From: Vulcanimicrobiaceae bacterium
Lineage (GTDB): Bacteria; Vulcanimicrobiota; Vulcanimicrobiia; Vulcanimicrobiales; Vulcanimicrobiaceae
Assembly: GCA_046262595.1 (NCBI GenBank)
Contig: JBHEMM010000013.1
Location: 3,841-15,052 of the forward strand
Direction: 5' to 3'
Length of the DNA stretch: 11,212 nt
A model generated the notes under the pieces. The model did no database searches. It was not told where the DNA came from and saw only the letters and a program-made list of their open reading frames with translations. This document shows, one piece after another, positions 10,061-11,212 of this stretch (its first letter is position 1; each line of letters starts with the position of its first letter). Both the position numbers and the translations under genes were made by a program.

Positions 10061-11212
10061 CTAAGATGATAGCGCAAGTGACCGCTGATCCTCTAGGGCT
10101 TGACGATCTTTTTGCTTGCCCGGTAAACCGGCTTGCCCGTTTTTGCCGACCTCGAACTGCGCGACGAGGTCTTGCAAGCCTGACGCCTGCTGACGAACTT
10201 GCTCGGTCTGCCCCGCGACTTGAGTGACGGAATCGGAGTTTGCGCGGCCGAGGTCGGACGTGTGACCGATCGTCTGACCGAGCGACTCGATTGCGACCTG
10301 CTGCTCTTGACTGGCCAGCGCCACCTGTCCGGTGCGCTGCTCGATCTCCGAGACGCTTTCCAGAATCTGATTGGACGTGATCGCTTGCTCGCGCATCGTC
10401 GCGGCCGCTTCGTGCGTCATCGCGCCCATCTGTTCGCTCGCTTTCGCCAGTTCTTCGGAAGCGCGCGCCTGCTCGGTCGTCGCAACGCTGATCTCGCTGA
10501 CCAGCTGCGCCATCTCGGTCACCCGCTTGCTGATCGTCTCGATCATGTCCGTCACCGAACGCGCCGAGACGGCGTTATTCTGCACTAAGTTGTTCGCCTT
10601 GGCGGTACGCTCGAGCACCGCGGTCGTGCGGCGTTGGATGTCGGCGACGAGTTGACCGATTTGCTTGGTCGAGCTCGCGGAGTTTTCCGCGAGTTTGCGG
10701 ACTTCGTCGGCGACGACCGCAAAGCCGCGCCCGTGCTCGCCCGCTCGCGCGGCTTCAATCGCCGCGTTGAGTGCGAGCAAATTCGTTTGGTCGGCGATCT
10801 CTTCGATCAAGCCCAAAATCTCGCCGATCTGCCGCGAAGCGTGATCGAGGCTCTGCATCTCGGTGACGACGCCCGCAACCGTTTCGCTGATGCTCGACAT
10901 GCCTTTGGAGAGTTCGGCCACTTCGTTGCGGCCGTCGCGCACCTGTTTGTCGGTGGTCGTCGATTCTTGGCGCACGCGTTCGGCATTGCCCGCAACCTGA
11001 ACGATCGATGCCGACATCTCTTGCGTGTTCGCGACGGCCTGCTCGACCACGGTTGCAAGGTTCAGTAAGTTTTGATCCATCTCTTGAATCGACGCGGTCA
11101 TCTGGGCGACAGCGCTCGAGATGTCGGTGACGCGGCGTGCCACTTGTTCGGCGTTGTCGGTGACCGTGCCGGCGGCGATACGCCCCGGCGTTTCAGAACC
11201 CTTGTCCAGGCC
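10061..11212 (-). CDS. Methyl-accepting chemotaxis protein, cytoplasmic signalling domain (5' part outside the window)
   Basis: Conserved hairpin tip [38 protein letters not shown] flanked by long heptad helices with EQ/EE/QE pairs. The frame stays open from 11143 to the edge at 11212, so the ORF-track start is not the true start. Confidence 0.95.
   Translation of the reverse strand, partial: GLDKGSETPGRIAAGTVTDNAEQVARRVTDISSAVAQMTASIQEMDQNLLNLATVVEQAVANTQEMSASIVQVAGNAERVRQESTTTDKQVRDGRNEVAELSKGMSSISETVAGVVTEMQSLDHASRQIGEILGLIEEIADQTNLLALNAAIEAARAGEHGRGFAVVADEVRKLAENSASSTKQIGQLVADIQRRTTAVLERTAKANNLVQNNAVSARSVTDMIETISKRVTEMAQLVSEISVATTEQARASEELAKASEQMGAMTHEAAATMREQAITSNQILESVSEIEQRTGQVALASQEQQVAIESLGQTIGHTSDLGRANSDSVTQVAGQTEQVRQQASGLQDLVAQFEVGKNGQAGLPGKQKDRQALEDQRSLALSS

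Noticed and set aside
10006..10077. ORF-track start at 10077 for the small protein
   Set aside because: It overlaps the MCP stop and buries the signal peptide. GTG 10005 has a properly spaced GGAG.

Overview
GC-rich bacterial chromosomal core region; I saw no mobile element, CRISPR array or RNA gene. Left, minus strand: the 5' end of sdhA/frdA (truncated by the window edge, absent from the ORF track) and a coiled-coil/GAF/GGDEF diguanylate cyclase with an AGDEF active site. Divergent from it on the plus strand is an 8-kb run of six genes in which every junction overlaps stop and start codons: dnaE, hisZ, hisG (short form), hisD, a Cof-type HAD phosphatase and ftsQ. Right, minus strand, converging on a terminator-like hairpin: a 92-aa secreted hypothetical protein and the 3' part of an elongated methyl-accepting chemotaxis protein. 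No clearly new system is demonstrable from sequence alone. The best leads are the replication/histidine/division operon with no room for a His attenuator, a Cof-type HAD as candidate histidinol-phosphate phosphatase, symmetric TAnnnTA -10 elements flanking the cyclase gene, 28-residue helix repeats in the chemoreceptor, and the small secreted protein with a structured leader. Taxonomy cannot be fixed here; my loose impression (inference only) is a high-GC Terrabacteria lineage such as Eremiobacterota.
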